From positions 160,001-224,000 of the forward strand of contig CBDAOI010000003.1 of NCBI GenBank assembly GCA_965198005.1: 64,000 nucleotides of DNA. Direction: 5' to 3'. Made by a program: the position numbers and the translations under genes. This stretch comes from Spirochaetia bacterium (GTDB lineage: Bacteria; Spirochaetota; Spirochaetia; SZUA-6; Bin103). The notes below the pieces were generated by a model. The model was not told where the DNA came from. It did no database searches and saw only the letters and a list, made by a program, of their open reading frames with translations. This document shows positions 10,543 through 21,373 of this stretch, one piece after another. The first letter of the stretch is position 1; the number at the start of each line of letters is the position of its first letter.

Positions 10543-11214
10543 CTGGATCATCCTAAACTAGACGGCTTCGACTTTCAAGCCTACCGCCAATCCCTGATCA
10601 GAGAAGGCGGCAAGCGTCCCTGCGTGCTGTGCGGGGAGAGCCATGCGGTGGTGATTCATTGCTACTGCAAACGCCTGGTGCGGTGCACCGACGGCAGTAA
10701 TCACCAACACCTGATCGTGGTGATCATCTGTGAGCGGGCGCGGGAAGCGGGCACCCAGTACACCAAACGCATGCTGCCGTGGTTTGTGATTCCCGAGTGC
10801 AACATCAGGCTCGACCTGGTGCTCGAGCTGCGGAAGAAGCACCCCACGGCCGGCAGCGCGCGTGCCCACGCCTACGCGGTGATCGGCAGCGCCTGTGAGC
10901 GCACCATAGCGCGTCATCTGCTGTGGGTGGACGACACCATCGCAGCGATGCTGCTGGAGGTGAACGAGTGGGTGGCCGAGCTGGCGCCGTTCACCGCCTT
11001 GCCACCGGTGCGCGTGGGCGAAGGTGCGCTGGCGCAGTTGCGGCGCTCAGTGGCCGCGCTGGAGAAGGCCAGACAGGCCGCGCTCGGTATCACCGTAGCG
11101 TTCACCGTTGTCGGCTGCGTTCACCTCGCCTACGTCGCGGAGCGCGCCCGGAGCCCCCCGCCGCTTCCATTGAGTCTAGTATTTCGAGGCGGCTGTTGGT
11201 TCGATACCACTTAA
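10543..11214 (+). CDS. Cys/His-rich putative Zn-binding transposon protein (DUF6431-like)
   Basis: PCVLCGESH..IHCYCKR...IIC...MLPWFVIP; frame open from CTG 10543, GTG alternative at 10624. Confidence 0.6.
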   Translation: MDHPKLDGFDFQAYRQSLIREGGKRPCVLCGESHAVVIHCYCKRLVRCTDGSNHQHLIVVIICERAREAGTQYTKRMLPWFVIPECNIRLDLVLELRKKHPTAGSARAHAYAVIGSACERTIARHLLWVDDTIAAMLLEVNEWVAELAPFTALPPVRVGEGALAQLRRSVAALEKARQAALGITVAFTVVGCVHLAYVAERARSPPPLPLSLVFRGGCWFDTT

Positions 11215-11239
11215 GCATCCACCCTCAGGAGGCATCAAA

Positions 11240-11833
11240 GTGGATCAACTACTGGTTTCCCCCGACCGTTTGGCGCAGCTGGAAGAGCTGCTGCTGCTCT
11301 TTCATCGGATCTTGACCGAACCGACGCCACCGCCACGCCGCCGCGACTGGTTGCTGGAGCATTGCCGGCGCAGGAGCGCCGATGAGCGCGATCTGTGGCG
11401 TGCCCTGGCTGGCTACCGCAGCAGCGATGCGACGGCGTTGCTGCACGCCGACCACACCCGGGGGTCGATCTTCAGCCGCCAGGCGGCGCTGGTGCGGGAG
11501 AACATTCTGAGCCAGCTCATCGATGCTCCCCAGTGCGTGCTGGGCGGGTTCGATGAACTCTCCCAGCTGCTGCAGCTGATCGGCGACCGGTTGCAGTTTC
11601 TCTGTGACTGGGTGCTGGAGTTGTTCCTCACTCCCGAGCCGTGGCAGCAGATCGATTCACACCACCTGGAGGTAGCCGGCGAGGTGCTGCTGCAGAAGCT
11701 CGCCGAGGAGGTCGAGCGCCTGCGTGAGCTGTACGCTGAGCAGCCGCGCCTGTCCCTCGACGAGCTCACCAGCGAGTACCGCGATTGGCTGTGCCGGCGG
11801 GCCGTCGTCGGCGAGCGCGAGGACCTCGAATGA
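11240..11833 (+). CDS. Hypothetical helical, acidic/Leu-rich protein of the transposon
   Basis: AGGAGG RBS before GTG; stop overlaps transposase ATG (ATGA). Confidence 0.7.
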   Translation: MDQLLVSPDRLAQLEELLLLFHRILTEPTPPPRRRDWLLEHCRRRSADERDLWRALAGYRSSDATALLHADHTRGSIFSRQAALVRENILSQLIDAPQCVLGGFDELSQLLQLIGDRLQFLCDWVLELFLTPEPWQQIDSHHLEVAGEVLLQKLAEEVERLRELYAEQPRLSLDELTSEYRDWLCRRAVVGEREDLE

Positions 11834-13290
11834 GCGGCCCCGACTTCCCTTGGGAGCAGATCCCGGACGCGGCCATGGAGGCGTTTGACGAACGCCTGCG
11901 CTTGGTCGAGATGCTGCTCGACCCGCACATCGGGAACGCCGACAAACGCGCTGAACGCCGCCGCTACTGTGAGCAGCATCGGGTTGGCGGGCGCACCATC
12001 CGAGGCTATCTCCACCGCTACCGCAAGAAGGGCCCCCGGGGGCTGCTGTTCTACCGGCCGCGGCCCACCTCGCCTCGCGTCCACGATCCTGGGCTGCGCG
12101 CCAAGCTCCTCGCGCTGGTCAACGAGCTGCCCACCAGGAGCATCCCTCAACTGCGCAAGCTGCTCGCCACCGACGATCAGTTGGGCAGCAAGATCAACCG
12201 GAATTGCCATCTACCGCTTCCATGGCCGAGCAGCCGGTCACCTCATCTCAGATCGCACCATCTACCGTGGCCGAGCAGGGCCTCACCCAGGCGGTCCGCT
12301 ACCGCATGCTCGCTGAAGACTCGCGCAGCTCCTACCGCTCGTTCGAGGCACCGCACTCCCTGGCCCTCCTGCAGGCCGACGCCCGCGACGGCATCTGGCT
12401 CAACACCCCCCAAGGCCGCAAGAAAACCTACCTGTTCCTCTGGATCGACGACTTCTCCCGCAAAATCCTGTTCGGCAAGTACTATTTCGACGAGAAGCTG
12501 CCCGCCCTGATGGACAGCTTCCGCTATTGCGTCCTGCGTTACGGCGTGCCGGTTCGGTGCTACGTCGACAACGGAAAAGTTTACATCTCGCGCCACATGA
12601 TGGCCATCCTGGTCGAGTTACAGGTCAAACGAGTGCGCCACCCGCCCTATCAAAGCTATTGCAAGGGGAAAGTCGAGGCGCTCAACAAGATCATCAAGAA
12701 CCAGTTCCAACGTGAGGCCCAAGTCGCCGGGATGCGTACTGAACGATTCCGCCTTCTGGGCCTGGATGGATCTGGAATACAACGTCCGCGTCCACTCAGC
12801 CACCGGCCAGAGTCCAGATGCACGTTTCCGCGACGGGCTGCCCGCCGACCACCGCCGGATCACCGATCTGGAGACCTTCAACGCCCTGTTCCTGTGGCGC
12901 GAACGGCGCACCGTCACCAAGTACGGCAGGATCAAGCTGCACGGCAACCAATACCCCGATCACCAGCGTGGCGCGAACGGCGCACCCCCAGTGGCAGCGT
13001 CGTCGAGCGTCGTCGAGGTCCGCTTCGACCCCTACGACCTCGCCCAGCTGGCCATCTACGACCCCGGCGGCGGCCTGCTGGAGACCACCAGCGCCTCCAA
13101 ACAGGTCACCACACAGGTGCCGGCGGTCCCCGAGGAGTCCCGCGCCAAGCCGCCCGAGGTGTCGGCCGCCGCCCGGGACTACTTCACCCGCCTGCGCGAG
13201 CAGCACCACGCCCAGCTCCGCGACCGCAACCAGACTTCGTTCAGCCAGTTCCGCACTACCCCCAAGGAGCACCACGATGCAGATGCATGA
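11830..13290 (+). CDS. DDE (rve/Mu-like) transposase, with frameshifts at ~12200-12270 and ~12740
   Basis: HTH region; LLQADA..., WIDDFSRK, YVDNGKVY, KGKVEA; YNVRVHSATGQSP and VEVRFDPYDL C-terminal motifs across three frames. Confidence 0.85.
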
Positions 13291-14074
13291 TCACGTCCTC
13301 TCCTTCTTCGGCTTCTCCCGCCTGCCGTTCGGCAAGCACCTCCAGCCCGCCGACACGTTCCCCTCCACCGCCCATCAGGAGGCGCTCTCCCGCCTCTCCT
13401 TCGGCGTCGCCGACGAGGATATCCTGCTCCTCACCGGCCCTATCGGTTGCGGCAAGTCGGTCGCCCTCGCCGCCTTCGTCAGCGAACTCGACGGCAACCG
13501 CTACCGCCCCCTCTACGTCCGCGCTGCCGGCCTCTCGGAAGCCCAGCTCTACAAGGCGATCCTCGATGAGTTGAAGATCGATCCGCCGTTCTTCGCCGGC
13601 CAGGCCAAGCAGCTGTTCTTCAAGACCATCCCCGAGCTGACCAAGAAACCACTAGTCATCCTCGACGATGCTCAGGACCTTGCGGCCACCGCCCTGACGG
13701 CCATCAAGAACATGGTCAACTTCGCCTTCGACACCAAAAACTCCATCACCTTCGTCCTCGCCGGCCAACCCGAGCTGCGCGAGTTGCTCAGATATGCTTC
13801 CTTCGCTTCCTTGCGCCAGCGCATCCGTATCTCCTATCACATGCCGGCCATGGCTCTGGAGGAGACCTGTCGCTACATCGACCACCACACCGTCCGCTGT
13901 GGCCGCCCTGCCTCGATCTTCGCCGATGATGCCAAAGCTGACATTCACCGCCACGCCGGCGGCGTTCCGCGCCTGGTCAACGCCGTCTGCTATCGCTCCA
14001 TCCTGCACGCCGTCGTCAACGACATCAGCATCATCGACTCCACCAACATCGTTACCGATGAACTCGACAGCTAA
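13277..14074 (+). CDS. ExeA-like AAA+ ATPase (transposition helper)
   Basis: Walker A GPIGCGKS, Walker B LVILDDAQ, LAGQPEL, LRQRI, GVPRLVN; AAGGAG RBS. Confidence 0.9.
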   Translation: MQMHDHVLSFFGFSRLPFGKHLQPADTFPSTAHQEALSRLSFGVADEDILLLTGPIGCGKSVALAAFVSELDGNRYRPLYVRAAGLSEAQLYKAILDELKIDPPFFAGQAKQLFFKTIPELTKKPLVILDDAQDLAATALTAIKNMVNFAFDTKNSITFVLAGQPELRELLRYASFASLRQRIRISYHMPAMALEETCRYIDHHTVRCGRPASIFADDAKADIHRHAGGVPRLVNAVCYRSILHAVVNDISIIDSTNIVTDELDS

Positions 14075-14216
14075 CCTCCACCAGCCGTCGGCGGCACTCC
14101 CCGCTGGCGGCCGCCCGGCATCAGTGCCAGGCGCGCTGCGGCAATCCTGCTTGGCACGGTTTGGAAACGGCGGCTGGCCGGCAACACCCTGCTCACGGTC
14201 TTTCCATTGGGTGTAG

Positions 14217-15256
<1,040 letters not shown>

Positions 15257-15274
15257 GCCGGCGATGATACCAGA

Positions 15275-15443
15275 CGGACTTGATTCGACGGCTGGGGAGG
15301 ACTCTCTGGTGTAGCCAGCTCAGGAGGCAAGTCTTGCCAGTTCCAGAGTCTCCGGTGATCACCACTGCTCTTGCGCCACGCCCGGCGGCGGATGGCTCGA
15401 ACGGGTTGAATTCAAGCTTGAGCTTCTGAAGCATGCTGGACAT
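15275..15443 (-). pseudogene. P-loop ATPase N-terminal fragment
   Basis: NPFEPS...VVITGDSGTGKT Walker A in a 66-aa ORF. Confidence 0.5.
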
Positions 15444-15579
15444 CGGCAGATACTCTCCGAGGTATCGAGTTCACATCTTTGTGGACGCGAATATGAGACA
15501 TGTAGGGACCGTTTGCATGTCGATAGTAGCGTCGCAGTACATGATCCTCGTCCTTCACAGAAGTCGTGTCGAGGGTCGC

Positions 15580-15798
15580 CAAGCCGGGCGAGGTTGGGAC
15601 CAACATGGCAAGGGAACGGGACATGGTGGAGCGCTGAACTACGGCGACTGCTTTTCCTACGCCCTGGCCAAGCACTTGGCGGCACCACTCTTGTTCAAGG
15701 GCGACGACTTCTCACGGACGGACATCCAGGCTGCGGCGAACGTGCGGACTGGAGAGCCTCGACCTTCGGACTCCGGCCATCGTGCGGCGGAGTGCTGA
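15580..15798 (+). pseudogene. VapC/PIN toxin C-terminal fragment
   Basis: GKG..H...LNYGDCFSYALAK....PLLFKGDDFSRTDI. Confidence 0.75.
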
Positions 15799-15837
15799 AG
15801 TCGTTGCCGGCCCGTCACTCCTCGACGTGCCGCAGCG

Positions 15838-16938
15838 CTACGGCTCCTCGCTCGGGGTGGGGGCGGCGGCGGGGAGGAGCCCCTCGCGTTTGAACTCGGA
15901 CCACAGGGCTGCGGGAATCGGGGTGGCCAGGTAGGCCGCGTTCTGGGTGGCTTCCGCGGCCGAGCGGGCGCCGGGAATCACCGCGGCTACCAGCGGGTGC
16001 GCGAGCGGGAACTGGATGGCGGCGGCGGCCAGCGGCACGCCGTGGGCGCGGCAGATCGCCTGCATCCGGCGCGACTTGTCGACGATTGCGCGCGGCGGCG
16101 GGGCGTACATGTAGGTTCCGGCTTCGCCGGGCGCCACCAGCCAGCCGCTGGCGTACGGCGTGGCGCCGATCACTCCCACGCCGCGCTCGGCGCACAGCGG
16201 CATGATCCGGTCCAGGGCGCGCGTCTCGAGCAGCGTGTAGGCCCCGGCGATGGCCAGGAAATCGAGATCGACCGTGTCGAGGATGCGTTCGATCAGGGCT
16301 TCGTGCGCGCCGCCGGGCCAGCTCGCCCGGTTGCGCGCCTCGAGGTTGCAGCCGCACCCGATCGCCTTGATCCGGCCGGCCGCGCGCAGCTCCTCCAGAG
16401 CCGCGGCCCCGCCCCCGCCGTCACGCGCGAGCTCGCGCAGGTGCCCGGCGATCTGCTCCGGCGTGTGGTAGCCGTAGTCGACGTCGTGAATCGTGAGACT
16501 GTCGACCGACGAGTGTCCGAGCCGCTGCAGCGAGTCGCGGTGCTGCGCGCACAGCGCGTCGTGGGTGTAGTTGAACGCGATCCGAAACCCGGTGACGGGG
16601 TCGCGCGGCGTGCGCATGCTGCCGTCGATACAATGGGTGTCGTTGGCGGCGTTCGGCACCGGCTCCGGCACCAGCGACTTGCCCACCTTGGTGTTGATCC
16701 GATAGGCCGCCCGGTCGCCGCGGCCCGACAGGGCCAGCCCCAGGCGCCGTTCCGAACGGCCCATGCCGTACAAGGGCGCGGTGTCGTAGAACCGCACCCC
16801 GCTCGCCCACGCCGCCGCCACCGTCGCCAAGCTCGCCTCGTTGGTCACATCAGGCGTGCCGATCGGGCCGGCACCGAACCCCAGCGGGGTCACGTACAGA
16901 TCGCTCTTGCCAACCTTGCGCACGGAGGTGGGGCGCAT
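15838..16938 (-). CDS. Aldo/keto reductase
   Basis: LGFGAGPIG, FYDTAPLYGMGRSE, SLQRLG, VIPGARS. Confidence 0.9.
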   Translation of the reverse strand: MRPTSVRKVGKSDLYVTPLGFGAGPIGTPDVTNEASLATVAAAWASGVRFYDTAPLYGMGRSERRLGLALSGRGDRAAYRINTKVGKSLVPEPVPNAANDTHCIDGSMRTPRDPVTGFRIAFNYTHDALCAQHRDSLQRLGHSSVDSLTIHDVDYGYHTPEQIAGHLRELARDGGGGAAALEELRAAGRIKAIGCGCNLEARNRASWPGGAHEALIERILDTVDLDFLAIAGAYTLLETRALDRIMPLCAERGVGVIGATPYASGWLVAPGEAGTYMYAPPPRAIVDKSRRMQAICRAHGVPLAAAAIQFPLAHPLVAAVIPGARSAAEATQNAAYLATPIPAALWSEFKREGLLPAAAPTPSEEP

Positions 16939-16942
16939 GCGG

Positions 16943-17227
16943 CTACCCGCGCCGCCGCCGAAAGATCGGGTGCAGGTACTGCTCCAGATTCCAGCGCTTC
17001 CGGATCCAGCGCATGACGACGCCGTAGATCAGGAAGGCGGCCACGATCGGCACGCCGACCACGACGAAGGCCAGCAGCCCGGTGAGCGGCCCGGAGAGGT
17101 CCGAGAACAGCCCCGCGACCACCAGGAACGTGACCACCACCAGCGTGCCCATCAGCACCAGGTTGAACAGTGAGGCGAGCACGATGAACAGGGCGGTGTT
17201 GGCCTTCTTGTTCATCACCTTCATCAC
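16943..17227 (-). CDS. Small two-TM membrane protein downstream of lspA
   Basis: MNKKANTALF..., two hydrophobic helices, LEQYLHPIF C-terminus; coupled to lspA. Confidence 0.7.
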   Translation of the reverse strand: MMKVMNKKANTALFIVLASLFNLVLMGTLVVVTFLVVAGLFSDLSGPLTGLLAFVVVGVPIVAAFLIYGVVMRWIRKRWNLEQYLHPIFRRRRG

Positions 17228-17769
17228 CGCTGGCTCCGCCGGCTGCCGATCTCGTCGCGCAGGAACGTCAGCAGCAGCAGGATCCCCGCGACCACGACCG
17301 ACGAGTCCGCCAGGTTGAAGGTCGGGAACCGGGCCAAGCCGAACAGGCCGTAGAACTTCACGTCGATGAAGTCTACCACCCCGGCCGGCCGGAACAAGCG
17401 GTCGCCGTAGTTGGCGAGGCCGCCGCCGATCAGGCTGGCCACCAGCCAGCGCTGCACCGGCGACAGCTCGGAGGTGCGCAGGTAGTAGATGAAGATCGCC
17501 GTCACCACCACCAGCGGCACGATCAGGAACACGATGCGGCGCACCTCGGGCGGCAGCCCGTGGCCGATCGAAAACGCGATGGCGGGATTCTGGATCAGGG
17601 TGAAGCGCAGCACGTCGCCCACCACCTCGAGCGGACGCCCGTACGACAGGGCGGCAAGGACGATCGCCTTCACCACCTGGTCGGCGAGCAGGATCGCCGG
17701 CACCATCAGCAGGGGCGGCCAGCGCCGGCCGCGGGCCGCGCCGGGCGGGTCGGCGGGCGGTGAGCTCAC
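17224..17769 (-). CDS. lspA: Lipoprotein signal peptidase II
   Basis: DQVVK, NPAIAFS, GGGLANYGDR, VVDFID, FNLADS. Confidence 0.92.
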   Translation of the reverse strand: MSSPPADPPGAARGRRWPPLLMVPAILLADQVVKAIVLAALSYGRPLEVVGDVLRFTLIQNPAIAFSIGHGLPPEVRRIVFLIVPLVVVTAIFIYYLRTSELSPVQRWLVASLIGGGLANYGDRLFRPAGVVDFIDVKFYGLFGLARFPTFNLADSSVVVAGILLLLTFLRDEIGSRRSQR

Positions 17770-18548
17770 AGTCCCGTGGCCACGTCGATCAGGGTGGTGG
17801 TGAGGCCGGCGGCACGCGCCAAGTGCTCGGCCACGGCGCGCACGCCGTACACCTCGGACAGATAATGGCCGCCGCTGACCACGTTCACGCCCGCTTCCAG
17901 CGCCGCGTGGTAGTTCTGGTGCGCGGCGTCGCCGGTGATGAACAGGTCCACGCCGGCGTCGATGGCGGCGTCGAGATCGCGCGTGCCGCCGCCCGAGACC
18001 AGGGCCACGGTCTCCACCCGCTCCGGCCCGAACGGCAGCACCGCGAGGCAGTGCCGGTCACCGCCGAACAGCCGCTCGGTAACGTCAGCCAGCCGCGCCG
18101 GCGCCGGCAGCCGCCCCTGCAGCCCGATCGCCACCCCGCGGTACTCCCCGAACGGCGCCCGCTCGCCGAGATCGAGGGCGTCGGCCATGCCGGCGTTGTT
18201 GCCCAGTCCGGCGTGGCAGTCCAGCGGCAGGTGCATGGCGTACAGCGCCAGATCGTGCTCCAGCAGCAGCCGGACGCGTGCCAGGTGGGTGCCGGTGAGG
18301 GCCAGCGGCCGGCCCCAGAACAGGCCGTGGTGGACGAACAGCAGGTCGGCCTGCCAGGCGACGGCGCGCTCGAACGTCTCCAGGCACGCATCGACCGCGC
18401 AGGCCACGCGCGTCACCTCGGTCGACAGCCGTCCGACCTGCAGCCCGTTGAGCGCCGGGTCGACGCGCATGGCCTGCGCCCCGGCGGCGTTGTCCGGTCC
18501 CGCGAGCAGGAGCCGGCGCATGGTGGCGTCGAATTGTTCCAGTTGCAC
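17766..18548 (-). CDS. Nif3-like dinuclear metal-centre hexameric protein
   Basis: NGLQV, LFVHHGLFW, HLPLDCH..LGNN, GGHYLSE; start inferred at GTG 18548. Confidence 0.9.
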   Translation of the reverse strand: MQLEQFDATMRRLLLAGPDNAAGAQAMRVDPALNGLQVGRLSTEVTRVACAVDACLETFERAVAWQADLLFVHHGLFWGRPLALTGTHLARVRLLLEHDLALYAMHLPLDCHAGLGNNAGMADALDLGERAPFGEYRGVAIGLQGRLPAPARLADVTERLFGGDRHCLAVLPFGPERVETVALVSGGGTRDLDAAIDAGVDLFITGDAAHQNYHAALEAGVNVVSGGHYLSEVYGVRAVAEHLARAAGLTTTLIDVATGL

Positions 18549-18713
18549 GACTGGCTCAGGAGTATAGCCGAACCGCGCCGTCCGCGTGGCGGCCGTGCAC
18601 GCATTGCCGCAGGTGCCGCGCGTGCCTTGCGTTGCCGCGCGGCGCCACACGTGCGAAAGCGGCGCCCCCGGCGGCGCAAAGCGCGACCGAATCGCAAGCC
18701 GTTGTAAAGGGAC

Positions 18714-19070
18714 ATGACACAGTTGAACGCGACGGAGCGGCCGCAGTCGGGCGACCCGCCGGCCACGGAGCTGGCGGCGAAGGTACGGGCGGTGCGTCCC
18801 CGCCTGGTCGATCAGCGGCTCCGGGTCGAGGCGCTGGTGCACGACGCGAAGGGCCATGAATGGTCGGCGCTGGTGCCGGACCGGGAGCTGGCGGCGATGC
18901 TGCCGCGCTCGATTCTGGCGGCCGACGGCACCGCTCCGGCCGCCTTGCTGGAAACCATCGCCGGCATCCTCAAACGGGTGGTGGTGGGACGCCACGTACG
19001 CCTCTGGCGCTACCGCCGGCAGTTCTACCTGAAGTTCCTGTCCTGGCGTTCGGTGCGGTTCGGCCCGTAG
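18714..19070 (+). CDS. Hypothetical protein
   Basis: 118-aa ORF with host-like codon bias, divergent from Nif3. Confidence 0.65.
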   Translation: MTQLNATERPQSGDPPATELAAKVRAVRPRLVDQRLRVEALVHDAKGHEWSALVPDRELAAMLPRSILAADGTAPAALLETIAGILKRVVVGRHVRLWRYRRQFYLKFLSWRSVRFGP

Positions 19071-19173
19071 CGCAGCCGCACCAGGAGTCTGTCGGATTAC
19101 GACAGACTCCTGGCGGACGGACGGGATGGGCCAAGAGCGACGCCCCGGGCGGCGGTTTTGGGGATGGTGTGTC

Positions 19174-19826
19174 TCACTTCTCGGGGCTGCAGAGAACGTC
19201 CGCTGCCCACTCGTTGGCCTCCGCCTCCAGGTCGGCCGCCTCGCCATCCGGACCGTCTACGAATACTGCTTTCTTGCTGTGGAGTACGATGTGTGCCGCC
19301 TCGTGGAACAGGCTGAACCAGAGGTGATCGTCGCTCTTGTGACGCGCGCTCAACTCGATAATCGCGGCGCTTGGCGAAAGCCACCACGCGGCACCGCTCA
19401 ATGCGGTCTTCCGGAATGGTTCGACCAGAGCCAAAGCTACGCCCGCGCGATTGCAGAGCTCGGCCGCTTGCTTTAGCCCCTCTCCGATCGGCGACGCCGT
19501 TAGCCCCCGATCGGAAAGCCCTGCGCCCACGAAATCACCTTTGCAGTGCTGTTGGTTCTGAGCTCTGCTTCCCGTGCCTGATGGAGGCGGTATGCGCCTT
19601 CGGTGCCAAGCCAGATGTTCGCGTGGACGCCGAGCACTTTCTCGAACTGCAGTGCCGTAGCCGGCTCCAGGGGAGCTTTTCCGGCGATGATCTCACTGAT
19701 CAGCTTCGGTGATCGCGCACACCGGCGTGCGAACTCGGCTTGGGAAATCCCGTGCGCGTCAAGGCGTTCCTTCAACAGCCACCCCGGAGGGACGGCGTAG
19801 TCCGGCTCATATCGGTTCGTCGTCAC
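19174..19826 (-). pseudogene. HigA/XRE HTH-ImmA(IrrE) metallopeptidase fusion, frameshifted and internally deleted
   Basis: PDYAVPPGWLL..HTH in 19500-19826; DHLWFSLFHEAAH (HExxH) and EAEANEWA in 19174-19530. Confidence 0.8.
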
Positions 19827-19843
19827 CTGTCATTCTCTTCCAT

Positions 19844-19870
19844 TCAATGGTAGTCGACTACCTCGACGCG
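19844..19870 (-). pseudogene. HigB-type toxin C-terminal remnant
   Basis: RVEVVDYH* immediately upstream of the HigA-ImmA gene. Confidence 0.5.
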
Positions 19871-20085
19871 CACCCAGTCGGCCTCCCGCAGCGCCCCGTT
19901 CGAGCGCAGCGACGATCGCTTGTGGTGTCCGCTCGGCCGGCGCGCACTATCGTCCCGCCCCCTGGAACAGGTCCTCACCGTGCACGGGGTTACGGTGGCG
20001 GTGGTCGTTGGCGATCCCCGGGAGCGGGTGGCCGGCTAAACCGCAGGCGCAGCCGCACCCTGCTGGCGCAGGACGACGGCCCTGT

Positions 20086-20370
20086 CTAAATGCCGAACGA
20101 CTCCATGATGCGGTCGGCGAGACGGTCGACCAGAGCGGCATTGATATAGGACGGGTCGTTCAGGTTGCGGCTCACCTCGGCGATCCGGTCGGCGCGCACG
20201 TCGGGGCTCGCGTTGACCAGCTCCTGCGCCTGGTGCACGGCGGCCGCGGACTTCGCCTCCGGCGAGATCTCGATGGAGTCGCTCCGCTCCGTCCTGGCAG
20301 CCTGGGCTACCCGGTCGAGGTTGTCGAAACTGGAGACCGGATCGACCGGTCCGATACCTTCAACGGCCAT
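20086..20370 (-). CDS. flgM: Flagellar anti-sigma28 factor
   Basis: DSIEISPEA, PDVRADRIAEV..., Y..; 94 aa. Confidence 0.8.
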   Translation of the reverse strand: MAVEGIGPVDPVSSFDNLDRVAQAARTERSDSIEISPEAKSAAAVHQAQELVNASPDVRADRIAEVSRNLNDPSYINAALVDRLADRIMESFGI

Positions 20371-20537
20371 GGCCCTGCCATCCTACACTAGTTTCACAAG
20401 CGTGCCTACTACCCCGGATCCGGCATGATCCGGCGGGCAGCAGCTTGCCAGTCACTCAGTCAGCCATTCGACGGCCGGCACGGCGGAGAACTCGGAAGCA
20501 TGGCGCCGCATGCGGCTTCAGAGTAGACTTCCGAGTA

Positions 20538-21373
20538 ATGAAGCTGGTCGAGATTCTCCGCCAGACCGAGGGGAAGAAGCTGGAATTCAAGCGCGACCTC
20601 TCCTCGCCCGCCCGCTTTCTGCGTACGATCGTCGCGTTCGCCAATACTGCCGGCGGCATCATCCTGATCGGCGTGGAGGATCGCACCAGGCACATCCGCG
20701 GGGTCGTCGACCCCCTCGACCTGGAGGAGCGGGTGGTGAACTTGATCAGCGATTCGATCAAGCCGCGCCTGCTGCCGGACGTCCAGGTGCTGAGCTACCG
20801 GAACTCACAGGTAGTGGCGGTGGAGGTCTTCCCGAGCCCCGCGCGCCCGCACTATCTGGCGCGAGACGGGCTGCAACGCGGCGCCTACGTGCGGGTCGGC
20901 TCGTCCAACCGTCTGGCCGACGCCGCGTTGGTTGCCGAGATGCGCCGTTTTTCCACTGGCGAGTCGTACGATGAAGGACCGCTGCCGGCGCTCGACTCGG
21001 AAGCCGTCGACTTCCGAGCTGCTTCCGAGTCGTTTGCCCCGGTGCGCAAACTGACGCGCCGAGATCTCGAAACGCTTCGGCTTCTCACTTCTCACCAGGG
21101 ACGGTTGGTGCCAACCGTCGGCGGCGTATTGGATCGAGGTGGAGAATCCCGGCCTGCTGCCGTTCGGAATGACGCTTGATGACCTGCCGCGCGGCATCTC
21201 CAGGATCCGCAACCGCACCATCGGCCGCCGTCGGACTCTCCGCGCGCGCGACCCGGACCCGCCTGGTCAAGCTGGTGTCGCGGGGACTGGTTCACGAAGT
21301 GGGAACCGGGCCGCACGACCCCCAGCGACGGTATGTCGCGAGCCGCGCGTTGGGCGGCGCCGTTGAGGGTTAG
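20538..21373 (+). pseudogene. Schlafen/AlbA_2-domain ATP-binding regulator, internally deleted
   Basis: EGKKLEFKR, VAFANTAGG.ILIGV, YVRVGSS; then short pieces VENPGLLP..SRIRN and a wHTH end GTGPHDPQRRY in other frames. Confidence 0.75.

Larger units (their letters stand above)
10391..14186 (+). mobile_element. 3,796-bp four-gene DDE transposon with terminal inverted repeats and 7-bp TSD
   Basis: Left end TGTTGCCCGCCAG..TTTCC and right end (rc) TGTTGCCGGCCAG..TTTCC, 18/24 match; CCCTGCT duplicated at 10384-10390 and 14187-14193. Confidence 0.9.

Noticed and set aside
13652-14216. C-terminal extension of the 534-aa SNF2 ORF
   Set aside because: It is read-through into the permease start and the antisense strand of the transposon ATPase.
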